A DNA stretch of 64,000 nt from the human T2T-CHM13v2.0 reference genome, Homo sapiens: NCBI RefSeq assembly GCF_009914755.1, contig NC_060927.1, one strand, 5' to 3'. Under the pieces are notes generated by a model. That model saw nothing but the letters and a program-made list of their open reading frames with translations, was not told the origin of the DNA and made no database searches. A program made the position numbers and the translations under genes. Shown piece after piece: positions 26,351 to 43,135 of this stretch. The stretch's first letter is position 1; each line of letters starts with the position of its first letter.

Positions 26351-27978
26351 GCTTCATATCTCTTTAGCTGTGAAAGTCCCAAATGATATCTTCTAATATG
26401 AGGCTTCATTGACATTGCAAATCCATTGTCAAGTATAGCCACCTTTGTCAATGATCTTAGCTAGATCTTCTGGATAACGTACTGCAGCTTCTCCATCAGC
26501 ACTTCTTGCTTCACCTTGGACTTTTATGTTCTAGAGATGGCTTCTTTCCGTAAACCTCCTGAGCCAAACTCTGCTAGCTTGCAACTTTTCTTCTGCAGCT
26601 TCCTCACCTCTCTCAGCCTTCATAGAATTAAAGAGTTAGGACATTGCTCTGAATTAGGCTTTGGCTTAAGGAAATGTTATGATTGGCTGGTCTTTTATCC
26701 GGACCAATAAAACTTTCTCCGTATCGGCAATAAGGCTATTTCACATTCTTATCATTCATATGTTCAGTGTAATTGCACTTTTAATCTCCTTCAAGAACTT
26801 TTGCTTTGCAGTTGCAACTTGTCTAACTGTTTAGCATAAGAGGCCTAGCTTATGGCCTATCTTAGCTTTCATTATGTCTCCCCCAGTAAGCTTGATCACG
26901 TCTAGCTTTTGTTTTAAACTGAGAGATGCATTATTCTTTTCCTTTGAACACTTAGAAACCATTGTAACATTATTAATTGCTCTAATTTCAATATTGTTGA
27001 GGGACTCAGGGAATAGGGAGGCCTGAGGAGAGAGAGAGAGAGAGAGATGAGAAATGGCTGGTTGTTGGGGGAGTTAGAATACATGCAACATTTATTCATT
27101 AAATTTTCTGCTTTATATGGGCATGGTTTGTGGCACCTAAAAACAATTATAATAGTAACATCAAAGATCACTGATCACAGATCACCATAATATATCTTTG
27201 ATAATTTAAAAGTTATTGTGAAATATTGTGAGAATTGTCAAAATGTGACACAGGAACATGAAGTGAGCTCATGCTATTTGAAAAATGGTGCTGATAATTG
27301 CTTGATTCAGGGTTGCCAAAAACATTCAATTTATAAAAAACAATGTCTGCAAAACACAATAAAGTGAAGTGCAATAAAACAAGTATACCTGTTACTGAAA
27401 TATGCAAAGTTAGCCTGTTTAATTCATTGCAAATTAGAAGCCTTAGAGGCCTGTGATTAAAAAAAAAAGTAAAGGACAAAATCTAGAAGAACAGAGCTCA
27501 GTCTTTTTAAAGGAAATCAAGAATATGGGTAGTCATACAGATAGTCATTCAAACTCAGGAGATGACCATCAGTGGAGGTTTTGGGAGAACTGGAAGTACA
27601 AAGCAAATCTTTGCTCTTATTGTTTTTATTGTACTGATGTCACAGTGCCTTCTAGAGTTGGACCAAGACAGAGTCAATTTTGCCACATACAAGGCTACAC
27701 ATTCTTGTCAATTCTTTCTCTTAAACATCTTGGGTTTGTTGGCAAAGTCTATTACTTCAAATTGCATAGGTGTTATGTGGGGCCCTTATTAGTATACGCT
27801 TTGCTCTTCTAGCCTGATGACCTACAGGGATACCCAGAGAACTTCTTGAGCCATTGAGGTAAAAACATAGTGAAATTATGTCCTTGATAAGACATTTCAA
27901 TATTGTAAAAATGGGGATTAGGTCTCTACCTCTTATATATGTGAAAAAATACAAAAGAAACTGTTAAAAGTAGTTCCT

Positions 27979-28280
27979 GGCCAGGCACAGTGGCTCAGGC
28001 CTGTAATCTCAACACTTTGGGAGGCTGAGGCAGAAGGATTGCTTGAGGCTGGGGGTTCAAGACCACCTGGGCAACATAGCAAGAACCAGTGTCTACAAAA
28101 AATTAAAAATAAAAAAATTAGCAAGGCATGGCGGCTTGTGCCTGTAGTCTCAGCTACTTGGGAGCCAGAGGTAAGAGGATCTTCTGAACCCAGGAATTTA
28201 AGATTGCAGTGGGCCTTCATTGTGCCACTGCACTCCAGCCTGAGTGATGGAAGAAGACCCTGTGTCTAAAAGAAAAAAAA
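27979..28280 (+). mobile_element. AluJ
   Basis: AGGATTGCTTGAG J-type diagnostics; approximate TSD AAA(A/T)GTAGTT(C/T)CT. Confidence 0.88.
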
Positions 28281-28859
28281 TGTAGTTTCTTCTAGGGAAT
28301 AGGTTGAATGTGGGGAAAGCGTGATGGAAAGAAACTTGTTTTTTAAATATTCTTCTGTATTATTTCAATGTTTCCCCATTGTTAAATATTATAGTTACAA
28401 TTTTTAAAACTAGTTTAAAACATAAGTAAATACTAAAAGCCAAAAAGCTCTTAATCCAAAGATCTGCAGCTAGAGGATGCCATTATAAGCCCAGCGCAAG
28501 CTGTCCTTTGTGGGATGTTTAAAGATGAAGAACTGTCCAGCAGCTGAGTGGCAGCAGAGTTGCTCTAGAGATGAAAGAAACTGAGAAGACACAGCAGAAC
28601 TTCTGTAAGATTCTAGGGTCTACCAGCTGCTGAACATGAGAGTCAACATGGAAGAGTAACAGGGGAGACAGCATGGATGAGAGAAGCTTCTGCTGAGAGC
28701 AATTGCTCAGCTGTGTGACTTCAATCACAGGGAATTCCCACTGGAACTCCCATTAGCTGACATCTCCACTGATAGAGCAGATAGGGTGTGGGGCCCAGGA
28801 GGCTTTTGTTCTTAAATGCAAGGATTTCACCTCTATCCCTTATTCTGCCCTACTCCTTC

Positions 28860-29035
28860 AAAGCAGCTATCACCATCTGACATTTTATTTATTGATTGAT
28901 CGTTTCTCTCCTCTGACATTATACAAATATAACCCTATGAGAGTAGAGATAGTGACTATTTTTTACTGCTTTAGTCTCAGAGTCTACAGCAGCTTTTAGA
29001 ACTTCAATAAACACTTGCTAAATAAATTAATTTAG
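28860..29035 (+). mobile_element. L2 3' end
   Basis: tatcaccatctgacatt..ctatgagagtagaga..caataaacacttgctaaataaattaa. Confidence 0.65.
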
Positions 29036-29559
29036 TGAGAAATGAAACAGTACTTAACCAGCATTCCTATCCAACTATGAAATGTGTATAAATATAACTT
29101 AACAAACATGTCTGGCTCAGTGCCCATAGGTCAACTATAAAACTGAGATGAGTGTTCTTTCTAGTTTTAACCCAAACTTAATTACAATCTACAATGTAGG
29201 AATTATTATCTAAAAGTTTTCTCTTATTAAAAAAACACCACCTTAATAAGTATGATAATGAGATCTTCATGTGAGAAGTGAATAAAGCTCTCAGAAAATG
29301 ATGATGTTTTTCTGTCTGAACCTTTCAACCAATTTCTGCATTCTTCTGAAATAATTACTAGCCTCAATACAATTAGATTTCATTATTTGCCATTAGCGTA
29401 AAGTAGATGTTCAATGAAAATTCAATAGAGGCTATAAATATAAGTTTGCAAAACCTAATATCTAATAAAACATATTCATTATAAGAACCAACTTAGATTA
29501 TTCTTTATTGGGGCTTTTGCTTTTGTAGTTGTGGAAGAAAATAATTTCCTCTGGGCTTC

Positions 29560-30605
29560 CCTCAGAATTGCCTTCTGACCTTCTGAACACGTCATCTAGT
29601 TTGCTTTACTGGCTTCTCCTCTGCTCATCCAAGTGGATGTGGACAGGCACCATGTTTATCCTTGGAACTTCTCTCACCTACCTGTGATTCCTCAAACCCA
29701 TAATTTTATCAACTATCAGGATACATATTACATAGTTATTCCAAACCCCTATCTTCCTCCCTGACATCTCTGCTAACCTGTAACCCTATACTTCTTCTTC
29801 TTTCTTCCATCCTTGCCAGAAATTCCTATAGCACTCTCATAGTCAACATGTTCTTTTTCCAGACTCCTTATTCACCTTCTTACCCCATTCTTCCTCCATG
29901 TTCTCCATCTCAGTGAATAACGCTAACATTTGCCATGCCTCTCTAGCCTTCAACATCTCTAAGCTGAACTCTCACAAACATCCTAGCTCCAAAGACTGAA
30001 ATAGTCCTACCCTACCATCTATTCACCGTAGACCTCCAGAGAGTGCTTCATATAAAACATGGAAATATATAGACCACTTCTTCCTTTCTTAAAAACCTGT
30101 AAGAGCCATTGAGCACCAGAACAAAAAGAACATTTCTCTTGCTTATCCCAGTTTCAATTCCCACTGTATCAGCTCACACACTATGTTTCTTCAAGCAAAT
30201 GAATCTACTTGCTTTTACCCAGACAGTCTTTACAGTTGCTGTTCTCTCTTCCTAACATGCCTTGTCTACCTGCTCCACATGGTGAATGATGTAAGTTTCA
30301 TTCTTAAGACCAATATGTAAAATCTCTTATATATGACACTTTCTTCCATCCCTTTATCACTCACCTAACATATTCTCAGATTCATGTTCTGATAATTCCA
30401 GGAACTTCTATCACAGAACCGACCACAGTGTATTTTAATAACTTATGCTGATGTCCATTCTTCCCTTTCATAGACCATAGCTGCTCAAGAGGCAAGATCC
30501 ATGCCTTAGCTTTTTAAGTTTTTTGCATTCCTATTGTAGCAAATGTCTGTATATATAGGAGCTCTGGGAATTGTTTTGGATGAACAAATAAATAAATAAA
30601 CATTT
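29560..30605 (+). mobile_element. L2 fragments
   Basis: Pyrimidine-rich L2 body motifs (ctcatagtcaacatgt, ccatctcagtgaataac) ending in ttggatgaacaaataaataaa. Confidence 0.6.
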
Positions 30606-31755
30606 AAAATGCATAAATGAAGTAAATAACTGTGGGTCCTAAAGAAAATAGTAGTCACCACTTGGGAACTTGTCTATAGTATGAATAGACACCATTCCTC
30701 AATCTAATAATGCTGCTTTTCCTCTTTTCTTTCCCTCCGAACCCCATCCCATTCCTCCACCCAGGAATAGTAACCCTCCAGACAAAACTTCTATCCAATG
30801 TCAGTACTACAGGAGTCAGAGAGAATGACTGTATCTCCTAAGAAGGGGATTTTGCACATTAGTAGTTGTTTGCAGCACCTGCTCAAGAAATTTGGGCTGA
30901 GCTTTTTCACCCCCTTACAAAGCTTTCCTGAAAGTCAAGTTTCTGATACTTTTACAGCTCAAGTATTAATGTTTAATACTCCTCCCCTGGGCTAGGTAAT
31001 GACTGCAGCATAGCAGTCTCTCTTTGTTACCTCTTGATATTCCTGAGTTACCCAACAACAAATAACTGGCATCTATTCTGTGGCTGACATTTGAATCTGT
31101 ATTCTTTATAATGATTACCATTTATCAATGATCATCCTATTGATTACTGCCATCTGGGTCCACAACATGAATGAAGGTGAGGTAGATACATCTGCAATTC
31201 ACCTAGACCTGGTGCACAGAATCCCAGCCTGAGCTGGGTAAATAAGGTGGCCAGAAACAAAATGAATAGCACCAATCCAAATTATATTAACGTTTAATGA
31301 GCCAAGATTAAAACAGCTCCAGGGACTCGGAGATCTTGAGCAGGAATAAAAATCCAGGCTGATGAAATACCACTTCAACTGGCTGTTGCAGAGGTTTGGA
31401 TTCTGTATTCTCAGAAATCTGCACATTTCCCACGCAGCTGAAATACCTATTAAAACCCATATTTCACCATGATTGTTTGCATCTCAGTACCTCTTTAATG
31501 GGGGGCACAGAGAGATGGGATTTGAATCAGAGGGGAAAAGATGCCTCAGGAAACTTCCTTAATAATTAAACTCAGTACTGAGACCAGCTCAATGCCACCA
31601 AAATGAGGTGCAGATTTGGGGAAATTGGAGAACTAATCGTAGGATTTTAAAAACTTGGCAGATTATCGTGTTTGAATAGAATTCTGAACCATTTGAATTT
31701 GGACCACCCCCCATCCCCCGCACCCAGCCATCTGCCATTCTTAAAAGTTGGCAAT

Positions 31756-32158
31756 TTTGTTAGTTCATTTGCATTGCTATAAAGAAATACCTGAGGGTGG
31801 GTAATTTATAAAGAAAAGAGGTTTATTTGGCTGTACAAGCAGCATGGTACCAGCACCTGCCTCTGGTGAGGCCTCAGGAAGATGACGATCATGGCAGAAG
31901 GTGAAGGGGAGATGGTGTGTCACATGGAGAGAGTGAGCAAAAGAGAGAGGGAGGAGGCACCAGGCTCTTTTCACCTGAGATCAGATCTCAGGTGAACTCA
32001 TAGAGTAAGAACTCACACATTGCCACAAGGACAGCACCAAGCTGTTCATGAGAGATCTGACCCCATGACCCAAACACCTCCCACTAGGTCCCCCTCCAAC
32101 ATTGGTGGTCACATTTCAACATGAAATTCAGAGGGGACAAAACATCCAAACCATATCA
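31756..32158 (-). mobile_element. MSTA (ERVL-MaLR) solo LTR
   Basis: Reverse complement starts TGATATGGTTTGGATG; 5-bp TSD GCAAT (31751-31755 / 32159-32163). Confidence 0.88.
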
Positions 32159-32239
32159 GCAATAAATATAAAGCATCATAGCCGACAGCACAAATGTATA
32201 ACAGTCAGAGCTCAAATTCAAGTTTAATCATTTAAAAAA

Positions 32240-32970
32240 TCAAGGGGCAAATTACTTAACCTCCCTACAACTGTCTACTAATCTCAATAACAGGAAGAAT
32301 AATAATCTCCACTGAGGAATTGTTGGTGGAGTTGCTTGACATCCGTATATGGATTATGCTTAACAAGTTACCTGGCATCTAGAAATAGTGCAATAAAAAC
32401 GGTATTGTTGTTATTGTTATTCTTTTTATTACTTCATTTATTCAACAAATATTTATTTAATGCTCACAATGTGCTAAGCTCCATGTTGAGGTGCACAACG
32501 GTGAGGGGAAAAAATAAGCAAGCTTCCTACCATTATGTCAACAGACAAATAACTAAAGTAATTCCAGTTTTAAGTAAGTGCCATGTAGACATTAAACAGG
32601 GTTTTCAGTGAAATAAAAACAGGTGTACCTATTTTAGGTAGGTGGTTCAGGGAAGGCATTTCTGAAGAGGTAGCTTCTGAGATAAAAATTAAAGAGGAGA
32701 GAGAAAAACCACTACGGGAGTGGAGAAAAAACAGTCTAAGAAGGAGGAAGAATATGTTCAAAAGTCCTGAGTAGGAAAACATGCAGGTTACAGGAGGGAC
32801 TGAAGAAGAATCACTATGGTTAGACGGCTTTGAGCAAGGGAGATTGCACAGATACGAAGAGGCAAAACTGTGCATACACTTTTTGGCCATGGTAAGAAGT
32901 TTAGATTTTATACTAAGATTAATGGGAAGCCATTTATGAAATTTTCTGGCAGAAGAGTGTGTTCAAACAT
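32240..32970. mobile_element. MIR (about 32240-32400, +) followed by L2 (about 32430-32970, -)
   Basis: gcaaattacttaacctc..; cattta ttcaacaaatatttatt..cagggaaggcatttctgaagagg..tagattttat..aatgggaagccat. Confidence 0.65.
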
Positions 32971-33204
32971 GTGTGATAATTCAATATTCTCCCCCCCAAA
33001 CCCTTGATTATCCTTAAAGGTCTAAGGCAGCACACAGAAAGAAGTTTGGACTCCTGTCTCAGTCTCCAACACAGACTCCCCAGTGGGAGTTCATTCGTAT
33101 TCCCTAGATGTTTCCACTCACAAGACGAATGAGAAGGCCAAAATACTACCTTAGAGCAAAACATAACCAATATATATAGTAGCAGACCAATTAATAGTTT
33201 GCTT

Positions 33205-36200
33205 GGGGGAGGCAGGGTTAGATTGTAGCTCCAGACGGCAGCAAGTGAAGGCTTGCTTTGTGAATTTTAGCTCCAGATTGACTGCAAGAATAAACCAGCA
33301 GAGGACCCAGAGGCCGTCTGAAGGAACCAGACTGCTCCTGCAGGACCCAGCTGACGCCCCAAATAATGTCAGTGCACCGAATGTGGAAGTGGGAAAGGGA
33401 GACCCTCCTCTCCCGAACACACACCCCTGCTGGAGAAGCTGAAGGTCTGTTTGCGGGAGAAGTTTCTGACTTTACCTGCAGCTGAGTCAATTTAGAGAGC
33501 TGAGCAAAATACAGGGGTAGAGGAAGCAGTAGAAAGGCCCTGGGAGCTTGCTGAGTCCCCGAGCAGCCCATTCCTGCCTGGCACCACAGGGATCCACCGA
33601 GAGGGTGGCCAGAGGAGCAGCGGGTAAAACTCCACAAAGAAAAGGAAATCTCTAGCTAAACTTTGTAACGATTCAAATGGGGTGAGAGGCCTCCTTGCCA
33701 GAACTCAGGGGAGGGCCCAAATCCAGTGAGCAGACTCCACAGGCAGGGGAACAACCAAGTCCTTTTCTTTCACAGCTGAGAGGTGGGTAGCCTGGGGCAG
33801 GTTTTCAAGCCAGTCTTGCCTTCCACCTGGAAACAAACCCAGAGCTGTTGGTGTGGGGGCATGGTGGGTGTGGGGGCACGGTGGAATTGAGACCAGCCCT
33901 TTGGTTTGCATGGGAGCTGGGTGAGGCCTGTGACTTCTGGCTTTCCCCCACTTCCCTGACAACCTGCATGACTCAGCAGAGGCAGCCATAACCCTCCTAG
34001 GTACACAATTCTAGTGACCTGGCACTCTCACCCCCACCCCCACAGCAGCCACAGCCAGTCTTCTCCAAGGAGAGTCTAAGCTCAGACATGCCTAGCCCCG
34101 CCCCCCACCTGATGGCCCTTCTCTACCCAACCTGGTAGCGGAAGACAAAGGGCATACAATCTTGGGAGTTCTACAGCCCTGCCCACCGCCAGTCCCTCTC
34201 CATACTACCACAGCTGATGCTCTTTAGAAAGCACCACCTCCTGGTAGGAGGCCAACCAGCACAAAAATAGAATATTAAACCACCAAAACTAAGAACCCTC
34301 ACAGAGTCCACTGCAACCCCACCGCCACCTCCACCAGAACAGGCACTGGTATCCAAGGCTGAGAGACCCATAGATGGTTCACATCACAGGACTCTGTGCA
34401 GACAACCTCCAGTACCAGCCCAGAGCTGGGTAGACTCACCGGGTGACTAGACCCTGAAGAGAGACAACAATCACTGCAGTTCAGTTCACAGAGAGCCACA
34501 TCCATTGGAAAAGGGGGAGACTACTACATCAAGGGAACATCCTGTGGGACAACATAATGTAAACAACAGCCTTCAGCCCTAGACCTTCCCTCTGACAGAG
34601 CCAAATGAGAAGGAACCAGAAAATCAACCCTGGTAATATGATGAAACAAGGTTCTTCAGCATCCCCCAGAAATCACACTAGTTCACCAGCAATGGATCCA
34701 AACTGAGAGGAAATCCCTGATTTACCTGAAAAAGAATTCAGGAGGTTAGTTATTAAGCTAATCAGGGAAAGACCAGAGAAATGTGAAGCCCAATGCAAGG
34801 ACATCCAAAATGATACAAGAAGTGAAGGGAGAAATATTCAAGGAAATATATAGCTTAAAGGAAAAACAATAAAAAATTCAGAAAACTTTGGACACACTTT
34901 TAGAAATGCAAAATGCTCTGGACAGTCTCAGCAACAGAATTGAATAAGTAGAAGAAAGAATTTCAGAGTTTAAAGACAAGGTCTTCAAATTAATCCTATT
35001 CAATAAAGACAAAGACAAAAGAATGAGAAAATATGAACAAAGCTTCCAAGAAGTCTGGGATTATGTCAAGCAACCAAACCTAAGAATAATTGGTGTTGCC
35101 AAGGAAGAAGAGAAATCTAAAAGCTTGGAAAACATATTTGGGGGAATAATCGAGGAAAACTTCCCCGGCCTTTCTAGAGACCTAGACATCCAAATACAAG
35201 AAGCACAAAGAACACCCGGGAAATTCATTGCAAAAAGATCTTCACCTAGGCACATTGTCATCAGGTTTTCCAAAGTTAAGACGACGGAAAGAATCTTAAG
35301 AGCTGTGAGACAGAAGCACCAGGTAACCTACAAAGGAAAACTTAACAGATTAACAGTCGATTTCTCAGAAGAAACCCTACAAGCTAGAAGGGGTCAGGGA
35401 CCTATCTTCAGCCTCTTCAAACAAAACAATTATCAGCCAAGAATTTTGTATGCAGTGAAACTAAGCATCATATATGGAGAAAAGACACAGTCTTTTTCAA
35501 ATAAATAAATGCTAAGAGAATTGACCATTACCACCACCACTACAAGAACTGCTAAAAGGAGCTCTAAACCTTGAAACAAATCCTGGAAACACATCGAAAC
35601 AGAACTTCTTTAAAGCATAAATCACACAGGACCTATAAAACAAAAATACAAGTTAAAAAGCAAAAGCAAAAAACAAAAAAAAAAACAAAGTACACCGGCA
35701 ACAAAGAACATGGTGAATGCAATGGTGCCTCACATTTCAATACTAACATTGAGTGTAAATGGCCTAAGTGCTCCACTTAAAAGATACAGAACCACAGAAT
35801 GAATAAGAACTCACCAACCATCTGCTGCCTTCAGGAGACTCATCTAACACATAAAGACTAATGTAAACTCAAAGTAAAGGGGTAGAAAAAGTCATTTCAG
35901 ACAAATGGATACCAAAAGCAGGCAGGGGTAGCTATTCTTATATCAGACAAAACGAACTTAAAGCAATAGCAGTTAAAGAGACAAAAAGGGACATTGTATA
36001 ATGGTAAAAGACCTGTCCAAGAGGAAAATGTCACAATTTTAAACACATATGCACCTAAAACTGGAGCTCCCAAATTTATAAAACAATTACTAATAGACAT
36101 AAGAAAACAGATAGACAGCAACATAGCAATAGTGAGGGACTTCAATACTGACAGCAACAGACAGGCCATGAAGACAGAAAGTCAACACAGAAACAATGAA

Positions 36201-39200
36201 TTTAAACTATACCTTGGAACAAATGGACTTAACAGATATATACAGACTATTTCATCCAACAACTTCAGAATACACATTCTATTCAACAGCACATGGAACT
36301 TTCCCCAAGATAGATGATATGATAGGCCCTAAAACAAGCCTCAATTCATGGAAATTTAAAAACCTGTTCCTGAATGAGCCTTAGGTCAAAAACAAAATCA
36401 AAATGGAAATTAAAAAATTCTTCAATAACAATAATAATATAACCTATCAAAACTTCTGTGATACAGCAAAGGCAGTGCTAAGAGGAAAGTTCGTAGCCCT
36501 AAATGCCTACATCAAAAATACTGAAAGAGCGCAAACTGACATTCTAAGGTCACACCTCAAGAAACTAGAGAAACAAGAACAAAGCAAACCCAAACCCAGC
36601 AGAAGAAAGGAAATAACCAAGATCAGGGTAGAACTAAATAAAATTGAAACAAAAAAATACAAAAGATAAATAAAACAAAAAGTTCTTTGAAAAGCTAAAT
36701 AAAATTGATAGGCCATTAGCAAGATTAACCAAGAAAAGAAGAGAGAAAATCCAAATAACTTCACTAAGAAATGAAACAGGAGATGTTACAACTGACACCA
36801 CTGAAATACAAAAGATCATTCAAGGCTGCTATGAACACATTTACGCACATAGACTAGAAACCCTAGAAAAGATGGATAAACTCCTGGAAAAATACAACCC
36901 TCCTAGCTTAAATCAGGAAGAATTAGATACCCTGAACAGACCAATAACAAGCAGCGAGATTGAAATCGTAATTTAAAAATTACCAACAACAACAAAAAAG
37001 TCCAGGACCAGACGGATTCACAGCAGAATTCTACCAGACATTCAAAGAAGAATTGGTACCAATCCTTTTGGCATTATTCCACAAGATAGAGAAAGAAGGA
37101 ACCCCCTGCCCCCGCACCTCAATTCTTTCTATAAATCTAGCATCACCTTAATATGAAAACCAGGAAAGGACATAACTAAAAAAGAAAACTACAGATTAAT
37201 ATCCTTGATGAACATAGATGCTAAAACCCCTAACAAAATACTAGCTAACCGAATCCAACAGCATATCAAAAAGATAATCCACCATAATCAAGTGGGTTTC
37301 ATACCAGGGATGCAGGGATGGTTAAACATACAAGTCAATAAATATGATACACCACATAAACAGAAATAAAAACAAAAATCATACGATCATCTCAATAGAT
37401 GCAGGAAAAGCATTTGACAAAATTCAGCATTCCTTTATGATTAAAACTCTCAGCAAAATTGGCATATAAGGGACACACCTTAATGTAATAAAAGCCACCT
37501 ATGACAAACCCACACCCAACATAATACTGAGGGGAAAAGCTGAAAGCATTCCCCCTGAGAACTGGAACAACACAAGGATGCCCATTCTCACCACTCCTCT
37601 TCAACACAGTACTGGAAGTCCTAGCCAGAGCAATCAGAAAAGAGAAAGAAATAAAGGGCATCAAAATCAGTAAAGAGAAAGTCATACTGTTACTGTTTGC
37701 TGATGATATGATTGTTTACCTTGAAAACCCTAAGGACTCCTCCAGAAAGCTCCTAGAACTGATAAAAGAACTCAGCAGAATTTCTGGATACAAGATTAAT
37801 GTACACAAATCAGTAGTTCTTCTATACACCAACAGCAACCAAGTGGAGAATCAAATCAAGAACTCAACCCCTTTTACAATAGCTGCAAAAAAAAAAATAC
37901 TTAGGATTATACCTAAGGAGTTGAAAGACCTCTACAAGGAAAACTACAAAACACTGCTGAAAGAAATCATAGATGACACGAACAAATGGAAACACATCCC
38001 ATGTTCATGGATAGGTAGAATCAATATTGTGAAAATGACCATACTGGCAAAATCCCTCTACAAATCTAAGGCAATTCCCATCAAAATACCACCATCATTC
38101 TTCACATAATTAAAAAAAGTTCTAAAATTCATATGGAACCAAAAAAGAGCCCCCATAGCCAAAGCAAGACTAAACAAAAAGAACAAATCTGGAGGCATCA
38201 CACTACTTGATTTCAAACTATATATAAGGCCATAGTCACTGAAACAGAATGGCACTGGTATAAAAATAGATACATAGACCAATGGGACAGAATAGAGAAC
38301 CTAGAAATAAAGCCAAATACTTACAGCCAACTGATCTTTGACAAAATAAACAAAAACATAAAGTGGGGAAAGGACACCCTTTTCAACAAATGGTGCTGGG
38401 ATAATTGGCTAGCTACATGTAGGAGAATGAAACTGGATCCTCATCTCTCACCTTATACAAAAATCAACTCAAGATGGATTAAGGACTTAAACCTAAGACC
38501 TTAAACTATAAAAATTCTAGAAGATAACATTGGAAAAAAAACCCTTCTAGATATTGGCTTAGGCAAGGATTTCATGACCAAGAACCCAAAAGGAAATCCA
38601 ATAAAAACAAAGGTAAACAGCTGGGACCTAATTAAACTAAAGAGCTGTTGGCAAAAGGAACAGAGTAAACAGACAACCCACAGAGTGGAGAAAATCTTCA
38701 CAATCTACACATCTGACAAAGCACCAATATCCAGAATCTACAATGAACCCAAGCAAATCAGTAAGAAAAAAACAAACAATCCTATCAAAAAGTGGGCTAA
38801 GGACATGAACAGACAATTGTCAAAAGAAGATATATAAATGGCCAACAAATATATGAGAAAATGCTCAACATCATTAATATCAGGGAAATTCAAACCAAAA
38901 CCACAATGTGATACCACCTTACTCCTGCAAGAATGGCCATGATGAAAAAATTAAAAAAATAGATGTTGGCGTGGATGTGGTGATCAGGGAACACTTCTAC
39001 ACTGCTGGTGGGAATGTAAACTAGTACAGCCACTATGGAAAACATTGTGGAGATTCCTTAAAGAACAAAAAGTAGAACTACAATTTGATCCAGCAACGCC
39101 ACCAGTGGGTATCTACCCAGAGGAAAAGAAGTCATTATTCGAAAAAGATACTTGCATATGCATGTTTGTAGCACAATTCACAATTGCAAATCTTGGAACC

Positions 39201-39845
39201 CAAATTCCCATCAATCAATGAGTGGATAAAGAAGCTGTGATATATATATCTATCTCTCTCTCTATATATATATCTACATATATATCTATCTATATATATA
39301 TCTATCTATATATATATCTATCTATATATATATCTATCTATATATCTATCTATATATATATCTACATATCTATCTATCTATATATATCTACATATCTATC
39401 TATATATATATCTACATGTATATCTATATATACATCTACATATATATATCACAGTTTATATATATATACATATATATATAGAGAGAGAGAGAGAGGCATA
39501 CTATAAGCCATAAAAAGGAATTATTTAACAGCATTTGCAGTGACCTGGATGAGATTAGAGACTATTATTCTAAGTGAAGTAACTCAGAAATGGAAAACCA
39601 AACATCGTATGTTCTCACTGATATGTGGGAGCTAAGCTATGAGGACATAAAGGCATAAGAATGATACAATGGACTTTGAGGACTTCAGGGGAAGAGTGGG
39701 AAGGTTTGAGGGGTGAAAGACTGCAAATACGGTGCAGCGTATACTGCTCTGATGATGGGTGCACCAAAATCTCACAAATCACCACTAAAGAATTTCCTCA
39801 TGTAACCAAATACCACCTGTACCCCAATAACTTATGAAAAAATTA
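33205..39845 (+). mobile_element. Near full-length L1PB1 (L1PBa-type 5' UTR), ORFs disrupted
   Basis: GC-richer 5' UTR; ORF1 remnant 35023-35508 (WDYVKQPNLRIIG..SPRHIVIR); ORF2 remnants 35994-38837 including FADD; L1PB1 3' UTR gcataagaatgatacaatggactttg..ccccaataacttatg; candidate TSD AATAGTTT. Confidence 0.88.
39240..39495. repeat. (TA)/(TATC)n/(GA)n compound microsatellite inside the L1PB1 ORF2 end
   Basis: Direct reading. Confidence 0.95.
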
Positions 39846-40641
39846 AATAGTTTATTGGGCTCATTCTCAGAGTGATGAGTTAATCACTGCAAGGCTTTGA
39901 GTTTATACCCTAAGAAAGCAAATTTGACTTTCTAAAACAATCATAGTTCATAGTTTTATGTAAACAAATGTGTCCTCCAATAACATTTATGTTTTAAAAA
40001 GTTTTGTGAAGAGGAGCCTTGTGGTAAAAGGTTATATTCCTTGGAGATTGCACAAAACCATTATAATTAAATAGTAAATATTAATGAGAAATTCAGAGTA
40101 TGTATACAGTCAAAGATTAGTAAAACTTTTACCCTTCCTGGATAGTCTGTTGATACTACTTCTTGTTCTCTTGCCAAAAGGGGCAAGCTCAACAGCACTG
40201 AGTATTTTACTAGTAACATCATTCTCTTCTCAAGTCTTCCTACCAAATATTATGTTTCTTTAGTGAGTCGGCCAAAAAATTAATTCTAGATTAATGGATT
40301 TTAGAACCCTTGGTTTCCATAAATTACCTGACTCATTCACATTAAGACATGATAGTCTAACTCCACCCAGGCATGTCTGACTTTGAAGAACAAGATATGC
40401 ATAGGTAAATTTGCCTCCCTGACACCTTCCAAGTTACATAGGTAAATCCCTCCTTTGGCCATGCTTAAGATGTCAAGCTGGAATATTTTGCCTGCAAGAA
40501 TTTGTAGATATTATTCCAATGTTAAGAAGAAATGAAGAGGAAAAATAAAGATATGATCCCTCCAGAGCTATCAAAAATTAAATTATAAGATTATTGACAA
40601 TAGAGATTATTCTCTTCTCATAAAGACTCTATGCCATCTTA

Positions 40642-42900
<2,259 letters not shown>

Positions 42901-42909
42901 ACCAATAAG

Positions 42910-43135
42910 AGCTGATATTTATTGAGTGCTTACTATATGTCAGGACTGTATTAAATGCTTTCCATGGATTAACTCATTAATCATCAAAACAACCTGATAT
43001 TTAGGTATGCTAGTTATGATCCCATTTTACATATAGGAACACTGAAACTCAAAGGAATTAAGTACCTTATTTAAGGCTATATGGCTAGCAAAAAAACTTG
43101 ATCTGACTCCAGAGCCTACTTTTCTAACCACATGT
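42910..43135 (-). mobile_element. MIR
   Basis: atttattgagtgcttactatatgtcagg..cccattttacatataggaacactga..tctgactccagagcc. Confidence 0.8.

Noticed and set aside
39222-39506. Ile/Tyr/Ser-rich 94-aa ORF
   Set aside because: Translation of the (TA)/(TATC) repeat.
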